From a virus, in IMG/VR virus record IMGVR_UViG_3300034061_006808, positions 4,336 to 68,335 of that record: DNA of 64,000 nucleotides, one strand, 5' to 3'. Of this stretch, positions 32,401 through 37,632 are shown in pieces (within the stretch, counting starts at the first letter, position 1; each line of letters opens with the position of its first letter). The notes under the pieces were generated by a model, which searched no databases, was not told where the DNA came from, and was given only the letters and a program-made list of their open reading frames with translations. The position numbers and the translations under genes were made by a program.

Positions 32401-32866
32401 CCGGATTCAAAACAACCCGAAACTCTCGAACGCGGAAAAAGACAAGGCGATTGAGAAACTAAACCGCGACTTCCAGACAGACAACCAAGCCTCCTCGGGC
32501 ATCGACCTGCGCCAAGTGCTTTTTGGAATGGGCATTGATCCAAATAAAATGTCCACGCAGAGCCTGACGACCCGCAACTTTGTTGCCGACCTCTCGCGCC
32601 TGCAACAAGCTGGAGTCGGCCCGGAAAGCATCAAGATCAGCGAGAAAATCACTCCAAGCGGGCGCACACAGACCTACATCGCTTATCCTGATCCAGACAC
32701 CATCGCCGTGCGCGATCCGATGTTCTCGCTCTTAAAAATCGCCACCGGCATTAACATCAAACCCCTCCCCCGCCGCACCGCCCGCGAGGCCGCTCCCGAA
32801 ACCCTCACTCCCGACTTCATGTTCGGCGACGACCAGCAGGCAAACTTGAATTTGCCGAGACAATAG
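11426..32866 (+). CDS. Giant polyvalent protein (7146 aa; DarB/LPD-type, putatively injected). Modules: zincin-like peptidases, membrane-like domain, HTH, ADP-ribosyltransferase, JAB/RadC, LPD5/LPD1, LPD3, TGT/DpdA-like, Zn ribbon, HhH-glycosylase-like, LPD38-like C-terminus
   Basis: Uninterrupted 21.4-kb ORF. Motifs: HHGT..FSLEKIGSGEGAQAYGWGLYFAE/NYVVFD (ART); SHNHPSGDPTPSQAD (JAB); IEDFGEKIEGARKD/FGFRGVQFGNYV/LAHEWFHALD (LPD5/LPD1); FIDSGAFS/PDIIG/IHFLG (TGT-like); KVRSFYNNI/VTMDTHA/VQSITW. Confidence 0.9.
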   Translation: MNYLNQKLQRAMQGRDAGGMQEVASQAAKFGSRDIMRQAERGLREMQKEQERAQRDMVRAQRDAERAARQQARDTERAAREQAGQFKGDAVAFFTQGSGSSRKVIPITAPSGGVMRKWGKSGVLWDSITGKAYAMDPSTRGMTEIDPDKDGKIVVKDGHVYKVVEGLPWKWVGLDSDKLGTDPALAKELAAKTADAKREADQASDKASATRKLLSDNEKRIKALEKEELRATGDERLRITNEIADLKGKNKVYAERLELEQIDAHKKNAYRQQVESANDSQLAANLAERQKMAYTGDMKGGLGLQSALDRISQAQQNAIKYSGNPADDIFNSITAGAESMLKNMQAQDIAFSNAWNKNMVDRAMDEAIAMGNQKARNAFWDDLRALDAKASIKLTGTNEKGKPTGMLADPRLSSEVKTKIQDFINKTGLTEIPRSWMTPEAQEARANAKQFGYFDVSLPKDFSLKNGAITTTRDEQSNLWGIPMPWTKKGDPVDVGTYKFDNNGVPFIELNRENRLSPSQLSGNPFDGVKEYLPMPTEWTEQFKPTKPSDFSLSMLPADKRKEVMDNYKNELSSYQQTAKDAWAGQKMDAERFNDVLTRWSVASPEQRQEMIAELDPRQAKLPASERRLDTRSMFEAGAISTQEARLLEKSFYGTDPAMPSMNEAFEDWKKTTPAGKEFTQKYNAIGSDKSAGLFSFLPLPGGLSKLIGAVGDADALARKTTFEADAKQEFLTDFYKENSRRVDFSDAAFTASRNEILKDVPLFEWANKGLFDIYNSTAGSAIGILGGAGALTGDWLYNKVTGDNLLSDQAKQLIGSQTMNSLRNMSAAVSDRIEPFIKTGALLSPGTAINSLAMGALDPNAPKDLWTGKTAGQLNRAWDSYISDIDNGTLTQARAREHEAKISKLTEQFSSMRAAASGWMGSTGLEDGAGYRMTYENSFNDPRSAMAQFSAAYQQTRDPRLAAQARSASFSSQSELEIQRAASDYATANGTITESTPFGGFTSSIRGGFVAPLTEYAIEIGTNLAGFASGGVLFGAKALGTATRVGSTLNKAAGAISTFEKLGDATADAFRNLGKIDRAPGTTLTAGQRAWNTSVDMAKQVGVSGGGEFFEEGVAAFGEAGASFGDAINQGISGFFGGVGMSAVHAAGGAALSAVQQIRSEQAQNKALTKFVSDYNKQNNTGTPLSMDVAKQAQGYQSPQMVAMLNSQRKDLIIQLSDVNNAIRATPNPRIVPGALAYTPNPKRVGLLKEKARIENALASNLLDTAAIGEQSVRAAQEINRLPQVQRDVIDAALRVANGVPLSVDQETILTNHTTPSGKPAVTKFGDDFVLTDDFREEIKQAAPQTAKAPALRKTQAERDAELRAKYGGIYRMINGRPVFIADKKPATPQQPAQPAGQAPAPIQIDTSNMVPPSNMANQQPTNRENPQNSEIVGSTPTQTAPAPNVPAPNTPSAPTPPVSQSFSTPDGEQVTGTFEKQPDGNWQQTSPEAPTFTVTPSDTQFFQTLEDKAAYALNPQMPSPVQPGEFGQEGYTALTPDQQPQGGDSTNENQLQQQTGQNAAAPDAQAGTAPDADAQSVGTGPVVDTPTQPAGSQPDGASDALPPPLPEPDPADVFSQPVNRGTALLMLQTASPWVTNTPLVVRSQRFFLNEKGTRAITQEEFTALPADQRQEWSPNDTPMFVSNGRIHIDEAAFTEYINSVVPEARQEKIQAALREEVIHVATLNARKWDKLSEDWRNLPDEAKKRVIETYYTDALAEAGGDWTQVEVNAGQAASEFWRMYLNSILDGRTTEQIDIDGEVSRYAAQNPGFAARIKQALEDIARWLRDEFLGQLDPDTRAKYESVAETIEKKIAELEALYGITTPASAENQAASAMDAAEPVANAPPAPVDTPAAETAPLAPLPEKAAPQNQAYIPKPAKGYRKWRGEAVFSSLNSAAAAFGYKIVDTGIASPYTAFGETINYGTQLYDKLEPGSELGQWIDAMNAGKNPAGNAIIQAASEPGLHRVWYGHDAITNLDNVVAEFGWGAVPEFIGQLLKDFTTKSGLPFPGVELLVQGGAVSDRFATDWLSTNIGEVFGAGFSFLGTYRLARAAKSGRLSKPQVIFATVGIGLKLVSGALTAQPFLILSGLADTAILLTNLDQVKAAFKKGIEEYNKKPKAVRDLYDQVAPPQFAFSPNTTNAPPIPQDGQEVKSLGSYPGDAGSIPAPATPVETAEALPPPLPPIEETPGITEPIPEPIPELSPEGNVESETEATPPPLPDEPVAAVETNVPTPQAAATVKLKDAAEALGLPVKEVLRLTKAHVPGNPRTLEGEKRGNNWFFAPEEIARFQADRDSLASPKLEKLQAVASNTATDEDFAELAKDGLVETHRGERVITNKGYDLMAKAGTPPRLTRKERIEEIDAQLGPVEKPLDLNPRVKKVGKLYVVRQPSGDSIPANVSMADDRAAREEANRIAAEFDRIDAEREAALEAQRAEEKSRREAEEALEADQELAPKFQALLSNTLYDYRKARERGASNPEAEEAFTRQLVAIGKKLGMRNLHPGLLAMHLVRPPVGPLLVKQAQAISGVQEMLQDATREIAPGTLSLREGLSSPAGFLGLDQSPLSWGQMIQLGALTYEALPNGNLRIRSGKTPEDIKADQSDTAAQEYYDQLKTETEEAAIEMERQSSPTGYELLDAVVEAGGLPSPKSQAAESHRGELKLLYEGAAATGRGAYKGKAITNFQRNKLFSRDAQDLDSLAARLREHGFAVETPSDVLDLIDQRLTSGRPMYGTAVSIDDGMGERFAATKPRVRLANAEVTTEPGILFVKRAHHGTPHKVDRFSLEKIGSGEGAQAYGWGLYFAENQSVADDYRNNLSDGRPLLKVDGQWKAPSASDPLSMAAFDAAQKNFDYEQLQKEAEENVAYWTNKTPNKNFSKEDLAESAKQARERLEAIKELRSKTQDAPLDISVGGNLYTVDLDVEPEDMLDWDKPLSEQSEKVQAALAEMNPDYRPDSDEYDANEQGQITYTRITSDQARFGGINPEMMASVTLRDYGIKGIRYLDGGSRSDGQGTYNYVVFDENLIRIVAENGQEIGNATVLSAKPTAAQRASAKAYTEANGSQPADVAEDAVAMQLAQVASPFRQTTYQLDLFNRPAPANEPVEVTEDEYDQLVERGLAGDWKALANAVAMRGRASAILPQLVDSTIPAWNPVGTKITETKDFAALMMPIRSPYHEMIKVAVLDDDLNIVSAQIVSVGSLNEAMAHPRNVLGFLARVSERYGKKYENIIISHNHPSGDPTPSQADYRVQKNFEELASALDFNLIDHVITNGTKYYSLKGFGSGSFETPTQAEWEKVSFDTLATAELPFQFAAIAKELSQSNPDAGHIVYLNTKLRVLAVEQFNKKNPTAQELGQQIFQTVSREGAYAFTVLLPTLKGAGVDPGFAQGRLVQQLREVTGRMQVTFIDAVKEDGSNYFSFKEAGLLEEPATYLAAKPRQAQQLDLFADSYNQTAKPWTPSWQAKADTKVENAPELKLEKQTENTARIEDFGEKIEGARKDLWQKYTDAIMADLPEDSADITLAKFLPEPDYEAMLASGMEPRRVAAVRALRDLIPRKPSTGWKLRRWTEGLISTRTIIQRLVEPTNPISIERFNAILADSPEMRDQVDLYDALGYPLMLEAKGWKLRQKQGYTTFNGQPTKASDIVSYMEKDYRMDWNLTSVVPDGDWRRGYSQTLEKFRDQLQAKAAKPAEAKKIDFQFYSDRTTGDIFIGKKGASGVIRLKPGFKSVKEASNWLTDNYDNLRFQWEEMRKEPILRKALNDPRTGPARREGDVSPEMFTEAFGFRGVQFGNYVEGERRQRDLNNAFDALMDLAETLNVPTKALSLDGALGMAFGARGTGGKRPAAAHYEPGQVVINLTKNAGPGSLAHEWFHALDNYFARVERTGSTAPREVDEYATDSIRNPKNVRPAVMDAFRAIRNAVGTGTFAERSKRLDATRSTPYYGTTIEKAARAFEVYVVDRLAKSSVTNDYLANIDFSGDAYPFPQEMEGGIRQAYDVLFNTLDTRETDQGVALFAKARRLNLNQEITPVPITRQLAGLPKREASNRILPVLREYQKLRGDELPYNADLQRRVGFSGSTTGKLASYATHSLDDMELAFALPQIVESAALVETNPDKKNNPDVSAVHRLVTAVNIDGEIYPVKITVIERRNGTLLYDAVTKKSEVRASAVQAPEGTSTATTNLNPKLADLIEAFNLNFDGSQPLFAKSRRSLDTTSELFGDETPFNLVGETLPPAPVKADTVVDAQAREEAFRKSGREDVEDLFGDASSPAPSPTATEFGFTREIDAPIEKIKKDMVRFASGMSGISDLATSTFVRGGMQNYGVGFDVGLLSKNAIEALANAVVNLDAQVFIDSGAFSHFIKSQKAEEKGITLKPLSFDKIFEKYDSILDAIQKENAVEKDYPSPLMVMPDIIGNQKASLLLTDKYKDRIAVETEAQALTPIIPIPLGELSLAQAYNKILEILNSNSKGITIDPSKFIVGIPSNAQAVSREKLAEFLSEAKPPRIHFLGAAADVNINPLLAVVAKSAPDTMVTADASKVRSEILNGVAAGKTREQAITDALFQEDDPSAVLENFSREIASVEDSSKPSTPSLFTQPATDQGTLFDIGPVGPRTLTQAEAAKTISKQKAAEVLAGSNLSDRPISTYEQAVAANNAHMGTKASEWTAVPIEEVVITDQGPMPQYDAKLTAAYSGAPTLFPGDMTSPACQWCGKQPVRRLYKIKHDAKKYTLMAGSECFTHFQEDSGDKMLQSTKSAQNLEKLKVALDAISELNKEFRRSRTDSYGRPSTSWYSEDARILRDKLKEAIGKIDAESGPAAITRWVNTKGKDAAELMEQFAVFMAEPKTKNLQIKARDLDLQSVNNDLKYRAQQLPDYKIESLNRQKEKLESEIAELSGATILGAKPVRDITKRNEAVQKAANDYAERKITLDDYLAVVRAEMPYAKMESVPEPATRADMDALTEDKRGRIFVPSKLLKGGERVGLRLDIPAYRDHGTWIVAIHEPRSTASAGKSLGYESVAMVRNASFESNADAALNIARGLKPKSTIATIEGEWATITPDEAKTRAEEAMNDSEWVQVGMNPFRHSWFYNRATGAPVVSASEVLQVGGLVLAKNPVYTTADDRRFMGNKSGVLFAKSRPARILAETKGKVVAGTAVGTRNPTGKNPDGSGTDASMLVGLDAMRQDPALFRKNAMLLADYPLVAGRVPEAAALARKVRAPLVRAQARLEIKTDEHKKAREALQVELARQQGVRKAKVKMAAVDAAIEAKPDENSRKVRGLVSRITAARTAAEKAKTEVDVAKKAFDNEVKAILANERRFPTSMAESVYQALTEMAVDNLERLIELFPADLRDIARLWYDGANIIAQDFATRFGTTLNRSAAVLAVFSPQKDWFMNVALAERMMNVWRNHQDTIFDDAMAAQYIRRSGEPQPQWDKKLDDYKRDAQGNILYEKGAKPVTNDAGDIVDWENWDNTKAREKLEEAKADIEKLKGKKLKDLPLKWQARFIRMWSEVYDSPSFPVVSPDGRFGDPMLTEKGEPRSIAWGSYNTIEKAINILSAPAEAEMQTISAELGVQHKVRSFYNNIVDPANPDGHVTMDTHAIAAILWQALSGNSPEVSQNFGQGGAAGNANLGISGLYPAFAEAYRIVAKDFNLLPREVQSITWEAVRLLFPAKFKSQKANVNKVRAIWKKHEQGIITTKEAHDLIFRLTDEWSNRDTLQGRRGKTASEAIADGSGVGRPDWAAVAGNRVNNTGRQAQANDAGELPADGGTRSGTGRPAGGRGGAGRASRVVPATPEGGQPRAVLGAKARPTKGYGAEPWRLTKREFFHPQISRKFIEAADSPDGTLIGTIGDVVHGAKTRRLLDAVLDVPIMILRYPVQGGKRVPTGKDFTFDGASGNFNGKPAIFINPNEKMVGTLWEESAHQMRAAKGRPIRKTDISKLINDDNFFDNEYQNDPEEVSAKKMREYLGSLASKEKSHEEIVADAVAAGLPVPENVLAEYPTILSAKPSSKRRPALPPMEQRIEASLDQIEQWGNVLRAAEEKPAGSVQKLANAIREEMPNDLWKGYQYLFRGRLDRADALAPGVKGILQAAQQEEALAQLGVNAVVDGLRRELQKAFGDPSFWNKNRARLKEATRMLLPVASYLQPESAGLDGGFVWRDFERRSGTISQKQATELRLKMGEWFQMDGRTYRLGEYLQDEKQFTLLEPISAEQQQAIYEEFWKEFPEALPILDRWITPDLKDAYTVGEGATMGVEFNREALLNFYNAWPENLRNLWGDMPLAEVPRVDGYTPDIAAQRGIIAMIARLLGKYKSPGRKFKSGALREAGNVKNLVDGFSTRAMEAHREKIRMRMREGIIEKAVVLREDVPAEFLADYIALEDVYSSIVKAVEAARLLDKKSYPHLSKALNPKDQVQLMKLVGDAARLNSIEQMIHRDVYRELMLSMARAQTENMLLKLANFFLRAKKLGVLTAGSVGINWLGNEILKLTQALNRLNYGLALMLVADSKGAKVNILEALYLLRGLITDRAPNTLNQQRIADILPRELFDNTTALASLDAGVNYGNLIDDIKRNGVLRGPAQGMVNAFKQGGVSASILYAVHYSGGDAAAKQQTAYAAYRARAEVAADEAGIKKGRTEWMRNWMMKQVRENSDIHQEVMDATRLFFMDYSNVPMWLDPSANLPEEKTIRFMKEHALWFMKYPYNFMRMMKRMGIDGAIELASPSSTKQERARGLANMLTLAAVAYVGASLLSGDDEEDSVTGSRYDAEGNFLDRDKDTSSRLNVSAVARNLRLGRTIATALRMAGISVNDDLTNHRGDDFWMYYRNITWAPESLLMGRLARGDFKGFLKDVGPYITDMAGLGALFQLGGFAIIGSTDSKKPYLSRVTEAWYETLSAPVNPSAITRYVTYMTDPVARKQKGLSPVEAIKSQIPGLSKTIPAAGDPVEVPLTYNINTDRGYETAARRIQNNPKLSNAEKDKAIEKLNRDFQTDNQASSGIDLRQVLFGMGIDPNKMSTQSLTTRNFVADLSRLQQAGVGPESIKISEKITPSGRTQTYIAYPDPDTIAVRDPMFSLLKIATGINIKPLPRRTAREAAPETLTPDFMFGDDQQANLNLPRQ
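16959..16977 (+). promoter_or_regulatory. Intragenic operator-like motif copy (TTGCCGAGACAATTGAAAA)
   Basis: One mismatch to the 35327 copy; inside the giant CDS. Confidence 0.6.
17982..18053 (+). tRNA. tRNA-Met(CAT), initiator-like, embedded in frame within the giant CDS
   Basis: Acceptor C-GCAGGA/TCCTGC-T with a 1:72 mismatch and A73. D stem GAC/GTC with GG in the loop. Anticodon stem CTAGG/CCTGG, loop CT-CAT-AT (CAT at 18015-18017). T arm GCGGG-TTCAATT-CCCGC. CCA is not encoded. Confidence 0.85.
26952..26970 (+). promoter_or_regulatory. Intragenic operator-like motif copy (TTGCCGAGACAAAAGGCAA)
   Basis: Exact left half and core, outer GGCAA retained; lies just after a module linker. Confidence 0.55.
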
Positions 32867-32870
32867 ACAA
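32852..32870 (+). promoter_or_regulatory. Operator-like motif copy (TTGCCGAGACAATAGACAA) over the giant-gene stop, before portal
   Basis: Seen in sequence; preceded by TTGAAT and followed by CTATAAC. Confidence 0.75.
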
Positions 32871-32885
32871 CTATAACCCACCGCC

Positions 32886-35042
32886 ATGACCGCACTTCCC
32901 GAACTCGCCGAAAGCCTCGATCCGCCCACAGCCCCCTTGCGCGGGGCGCTCAAACTCACCGGGGCGCAGGAGCGCGAGTTGATGCGCTTGATCAAACTGC
33001 GCATGGGCAGCGCCGTGCAGAGCTACTCCAAGAGCGGGTGGCTGGAGAAGCGCAACCGCGCGATGAAGGAATACATGGGCAACATGGACGAGCGCAAAGA
33101 CCCCGGCAGCATCTTCGAGCTTTCCAACATCACGCTCAATCTGCCCAAGCGCTTTGTGCGAATCACCGCCGCGCGCATTTACGACTCCATGCTCACCAGC
33201 AACCCCATCCTCGGAGTCACCGTGGAAGGCAAGGGCGACGACTACGAAGTGGCGCGCGTGATCGAACGCTACGCAGGCCACCAGATCGAACGCTGCGGCA
33301 TCCGCACGATTCTGCGCGAGGCCGAGACGCTCGCTTGCATTCGCGGCGAGACGGTGGTGAAGACCACTTGGGAGCGCCGGGTGCAACGCAGCAAAAAGCG
33401 TGGGGAGATTTTGATTGAAAACGGCCAGCCCGTGCGCGCCCGCGATGGCAATGTGGTGCGGCGCGATGACATCTGGGTGGATGATGGCGACGACCTGGTG
33501 CTCTCCCGCGACAAGCGCATCCGGCTCACCAAGGATATAATTCCAAACTGGGTGGATCAGGAATACGACCACTACCGCATCACCTTCGATGGCCTCGAAG
33601 CCTCCTGCATCGACCACCGCGATTTCATCTGCTCCACGACCGAAAAAGACATACACACTTCGGACTTCTGCGCCGTGCGCATGGACATGGAGTTGGACAA
33701 AGTGGTCGCCATGCTCGCCCCCGTGAAGGACAGCCTCCAGACGCGCGAGGCGATCCGCAAGATGCGTGCGAGCGCCGATCCCGAGGCCCGCCAAGAGGCG
33801 ATGAAGCCCGAGCTTTTCCGTGGCGAGGAAAGCCGCAGCCGCGATGCCCTGCCATTGTGCGAGCTTGCCGAAATCTATATGCGCGTCGTGTTGCAGGATG
33901 ACGGCATTGCCGATGAGATCGCCCTCCTTGTCGATACGCGCAACGACCAGATTCTCGCCTACGATTATTTGGATAATGTCTCCCCCACCGGCCAGCGCCC
34001 GCTGCGCATCATTCGCATGGAGCCTGTGCCGCACCGCTGGTATGGCACCGGCTTCTACGAACTCTTCGCCGACCGCCACAAATTTTGCGACCTCTTCATC
34101 AACCGCGTGAACCTCGCGGCGTCTCTCTCCGGCAACATCAAAATCGAAAACCCCATGGCCACCGAGGAAGGCATGGCAGGCGAGCCGATTGAATTCGGCA
34201 CGAACAAGACCTACCGCCTGCGCGAGGGATTCGCCGCCGAGGATGTCTTCAAAGTCATCACCATCCCGAATGATGCCGCCGCGAGCGAAAACTTGCTCAA
34301 CATGCTCATGCAGGTCACGCAACTCGAAGCGGGCATCGTCTCCGCAGGCGATCATGGCTTGGCCGGTCTCCCCGCCGCGAGCCTTGCCACCGGCATCCGT
34401 TCGCTTGATCGCGTGGCCAATGTGCTTCTCAAGAACATGCTTTTTGATGTGGTCGAAGGCTTCGAGGCGGTCTTGAAAGACTGCGTGGCCCTCACACTGC
34501 ACAACTACAACCCGCTCGATGCCGAGCGCCTCATGGGCGAAGAAGCCGCCGCTGTGCTCGCCAAGCACCGCGACTTTTCGCAACTCCAATACCAAGTCAA
34601 AATGCTGCTCTCCAACAGCAAGGATTCCGATGTGGTCGAGGCCCACAAACAAGCCTTCGACATCCTGGTGGGCTACGAGCAACTCCCGCCCGAGCCAAAA
34701 ATCCGCATCCGCCCGATTGTTTACCGCATCCTCCAAACCATGGGCATCGAGGATGTGGACAAAGCCCTCGGGGCCGAAGCCATGGCCGCCGAGGCTGCGA
34801 TGGCCATCATGCCCACGCCCGAAGCTCTGGCCCAAATGCAGGCCGCGCAGCAACAGGCCGCGCCACCCGAAGAGTCCACCCCACCCATGGAAGAAGAAGC
34901 CGCTCCGCCACCGCCTCCAGAGCAAAGCCCGGAGGATGCCATGCCGCGCCTCGATGCGAACTACACCCCACCACCCAAAGACCTCCAATACGCGCCCATC
35001 GAAGATGGCCAGATGCCACCCCGCCCCGAACGCCTTGAATAA
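32886..35042 (+). CDS. Portal protein (podovirus P22/N4-like)
   Basis: 718 aa, helical; P.PHRWYG.G motif, ATGIRSL, Q/P-rich acidic tail; followed by a small conserved ORF. Confidence 0.8.
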   Translation: MTALPELAESLDPPTAPLRGALKLTGAQERELMRLIKLRMGSAVQSYSKSGWLEKRNRAMKEYMGNMDERKDPGSIFELSNITLNLPKRFVRITAARIYDSMLTSNPILGVTVEGKGDDYEVARVIERYAGHQIERCGIRTILREAETLACIRGETVVKTTWERRVQRSKKRGEILIENGQPVRARDGNVVRRDDIWVDDGDDLVLSRDKRIRLTKDIIPNWVDQEYDHYRITFDGLEASCIDHRDFICSTTEKDIHTSDFCAVRMDMELDKVVAMLAPVKDSLQTREAIRKMRASADPEARQEAMKPELFRGEESRSRDALPLCELAEIYMRVVLQDDGIADEIALLVDTRNDQILAYDYLDNVSPTGQRPLRIIRMEPVPHRWYGTGFYELFADRHKFCDLFINRVNLAASLSGNIKIENPMATEEGMAGEPIEFGTNKTYRLREGFAAEDVFKVITIPNDAAASENLLNMLMQVTQLEAGIVSAGDHGLAGLPAASLATGIRSLDRVANVLLKNMLFDVVEGFEAVLKDCVALTLHNYNPLDAERLMGEEAAAVLAKHRDFSQLQYQVKMLLSNSKDSDVVEAHKQAFDILVGYEQLPPEPKIRIRPIVYRILQTMGIEDVDKALGAEAMAAEAAMAIMPTPEALAQMQAAQQQAAPPEESTPPMEEEAAPPPPPEQSPEDAMPRLDANYTPPPKDLQYAPIEDGQMPPRPERLE

Positions 35043-35045
35043 CCC

Positions 35046-35306
35046 ATGAACATCGCCGAGCAGATCGCCACCCTCGAAAGCATCAACCGCCTGCTGGACA
35101 ACGAAGATTTCCAGAGGCAACTCCTGCCCTACTTCCAACAACTCCACGACCACGCCCACGCCGCCCTGCTCAACCCGAAAAACACAGGTCCAGACCTCGA
35201 ATACGCCCGCGCCCGCTACATGGCCGCCCGCGAGATTCGATTCTACCTCGCCGACCGCAAATCCTCCCTGGAGCACACCATCAAAGCAAAACAGAGCGAA
35301 AAGTGA
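35046..35306 (+). CDS. Small portal-associated protein
   Basis: Helical 86-aa ORF directly after portal (LLDNEDFQ), as is common in podoviruses. Confidence 0.7.
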   Translation: MNIAEQIATLESINRLLDNEDFQRQLLPYFQQLHDHAHAALLNPKNTGPDLEYARARYMAAREIRFYLADRKSSLEHTIKAKQSEK

Positions 35307-35326
35307 CGAACCTTTCCCTTGTGTTA

Positions 35327-35345
35327 TTGCCGAGACAATTGACAA
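35327..35345 (+). promoter_or_regulatory. Operator-like motif copy (TTGCCGAGACAATTGACAA)
   Basis: Intergenic, upstream of the fibre gene block. Confidence 0.8.
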
Positions 35346-35363
35346 GTTGAACGACGCTTTTTT

Positions 35364-35603
35364 ATGACGATCGAACACTACGCACAACGCTATCTCAATG
35401 ACCGCTTCGGGATGCCCACCCCGCTGCACACGAAGGTTCGTTACCAGTATTTCCCCGGCACGCAGTTGATCAAAGTCATTCGCTTCTTCCTCAACGAGAG
35501 CGAGGTCGCTCACATTCTCCACACCTACAGCGGCGGAATCCCCACCTCAAACAGCGCCCCTCTTTTGGAACAAGAACTCAAGTCCGGTCCCTTCTCCGAA
35601 TAG
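35364..35603 (+). CDS. Small putative virion protein
   Basis: ORF between the operator copy and the fibre genes. Confidence 0.6.
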   Translation: MTIEHYAQRYLNDRFGMPTPLHTKVRYQYFPGTQLIKVIRFFLNESEVAHILHTYSGGIPTSNSAPLLEQELKSGPFSE

Positions 35604-35606
35604 CGC

Positions 35607-36482
35607 ATGTTTCAATTCAACCCATTCACCGGCACGCTGGACCTCAACTCCGGCCCCGGGAGTTACACCGATGATGTCGTCGAGTATGCCAGCCTGGCGG
35701 CATTCCCCGTCCCCGGTGAGACCGGCAAGCTTTATGTGGACCGCTCCAACGACCGCGCTTACCGCTGGCCAGAGAATGGCACCACGCTGGAATCCTACCG
35801 GGAAATCAGCCCTACGGAACTTTCCGATCTCGCCACCAGTTTCTTTAACCGCGAAGGCGATGCCGCCACCCGACCACCCGAGCAAGGCCAAACTCGCTTT
35901 CAAGTCGTTTTAGCCAACGACTCCCGCCTCATCGACCCCCGCCGCACCGCTTGGGCCCAGCCCCCCACCAGCCCATTCATCCCCGCGCCCACTGCAGCCG
36001 CCAACCTCATTACAGGCACGCAATACATCATCGCCGTCGTCGGCGATACCGATTGGGCCGCCATCGGCTTCCCCTCCATCACGAAGACCGGCAACGCCTC
36101 CAGCGGATCCACCACCCTCGTCGTCGATTGGCCAGCGTTTGGAATTGCAAACGGCATGCTCGTCAGCGGCACCGGCATCCAACCCGGCACCACCGTCACC
36201 GGAGGTCTTAGCAACACCCTCACGATCTCGCTCCCCACCACGCAAGCCATCACCGGCAGCACGGTCACCTTTTCCAACCCCATCGTCTCTGGCTCAGGCC
36301 CATTCACAAAAAACTCCACCCCCGGCGCAGGCACCGGCTCCGCCATTCCCGCATTTGGCAACCCCGAGCCCCCCGCGATTGGCACCATGGCCTACGACGG
36401 CAGCTTTCTCTACATCGTCGTCCAGACACCCGGAGGTCAATCCGTCCGCTGGGCCAGAACCCCACTCTCAATGACCTGGTAA
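35607..36482 (+). CDS. Fibre/appendage protein
   Basis: FNPFTGTLD N-terminus, DDVVEYASLAAFPVPGETGKLYVD, GMLVSGTGIQPGTTV module, WARTPLSMTW end. Confidence 0.75.
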   Translation: MFQFNPFTGTLDLNSGPGSYTDDVVEYASLAAFPVPGETGKLYVDRSNDRAYRWPENGTTLESYREISPTELSDLATSFFNREGDAATRPPEQGQTRFQVVLANDSRLIDPRRTAWAQPPTSPFIPAPTAAANLITGTQYIIAVVGDTDWAAIGFPSITKTGNASSGSTTLVVDWPAFGIANGMLVSGTGIQPGTTVTGGLSNTLTISLPTTQAITGSTVTFSNPIVSGSGPFTKNSTPGAGTGSAIPAFGNPEPPAIGTMAYDGSFLYIVVQTPGGQSVRWARTPLSMTW

Positions 36483-36483
36483 A

Positions 36484-37632
36484 ATGGCAAACACCGGCGA
36501 CATATTAGCACCCAAGCTCCTAGCAGACGGCACCTTCGAGGAAACCGTATTAACACCATCCGCCATCGGCGCGGCCAGCGAGGCCGCGTTGGATGCGAAA
36601 GCCCCCCTCGCCTCCCCCATTTTCACCGGCAAGGTCGAAGTCGAAAAACTCACGGTCTTCCGCGACGGAGAGCAGCTAAGGTTTACCCAAATTGGCGAAA
36701 TTGAATCCGATTGGGGCACCACTATTTCTTTTGAGCAGGCCCAAGTAACCCAAAACATAGAAGGCACCACTTCCCTTGCATTCCACTGGCGGGAGGGAGT
36801 CTTTGGCGTTGGGGGCCGCCCCATCAAAAATGTCGGCGCACCCACCGAGGAAACTGACGCCGTTCGCGCCACAGACCTACAATCCGAAGCCCAAGCCCGC
36901 CTCGACGCCACCGAAGCCCTCCAAGCCCAAGTCACCGCGAAGTCCCCGCTCACCCTCTTCTTCTCGCTCTTCGGTGCTACACAAGAAGGGTTTAATACTA
37001 CCTACCGCTTCACAGGGAACTTCATCGGTGGACGCCCCGAATACCTCTCAGCCGGTGACGAGCGCTTATTTTTTAGCGAAGACAACGAACGCTGGGAGTT
37101 GGCTTTCGCCTCCGGAGAGTTGGGCTACTTCCACCTCGGCACCGCCCATGACCCCTCGCTCCTCACCAGTGGTTGGAGGCGGATGGCCGGGGCCATTCAA
37201 AACACCCCTCATTCGCTTACCCTTAACGCCGTTCAAGCCGTCCCGAGCCTGCAAGGACCGGGGAACGAAAACGATCCGGTTGCCCGCGCCGCTATTGAGC
37301 TACGCACCGAGGAAGCCCTTAACCAAGTCGCCCTCAAATACGCCGTCGAAAATGACAGTTGGCAAGTCCATGACCCCTCTAACTTCCGGCAAGCCATCGG
37401 CGCGGCCTCATCGGCGGCCCTCGCCACCCTCGAATCCTCCCTCGGCACCCTCTCCCAGCAAAACGCCGACGCCGCCTCCATCACCGGCGGCACCGCCTAT
37501 TTTGACACCCTTTCCGCTGGCACCGACCACGCCGCCACAGAAGGCACCCTCACCATTTCCGCCGCCGGGGACATCCTCGGCAGCGGCGCAAACAAACTCC
37601 TCGGCTTCGTCGCCGGGGGAGCAACCTACTAA
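36484..37632 (+). CDS. Fibre protein
   Basis: KAPLASPIFTG, IKNVGAPTEETDAV (YadA-neck-like), LGTLSQQNADAASITGG, C-terminal GGATY. Confidence 0.75.
   Translation: MANTGDILAPKLLADGTFEETVLTPSAIGAASEAALDAKAPLASPIFTGKVEVEKLTVFRDGEQLRFTQIGEIESDWGTTISFEQAQVTQNIEGTTSLAFHWREGVFGVGGRPIKNVGAPTEETDAVRATDLQSEAQARLDATEALQAQVTAKSPLTLFFSLFGATQEGFNTTYRFTGNFIGGRPEYLSAGDERLFFSEDNERWELAFASGELGYFHLGTAHDPSLLTSGWRRMAGAIQNTPHSLTLNAVQAVPSLQGPGNENDPVARAAIELRTEEALNQVALKYAVENDSWQVHDPSNFRQAIGAASSAALATLESSLGTLSQQNADAASITGGTAYFDTLSAGTDHAATEGTLTISAAGDILGSGANKLLGFVAGGATY

Noticed and set aside
11426-32866. Virion RNA polymerase (N4-like), intein or stop-codon recoding as the explanation for the giant ORF
   Set aside because: No polymerase catalytic motifs or intein C...HN-C/S/T ends were recognised by eye, and all three stop codons terminate genes normally. 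A profile search would be needed to exclude a divergent polymerase.
32871-35522. 883-aa minus-strand ORF (also 45904..47868, 4715..6112 and many others)
   Set aside because: These are antisense shadows of strongly codon-biased + strand genes (portal, capsid, terL), with no recognisable motifs.
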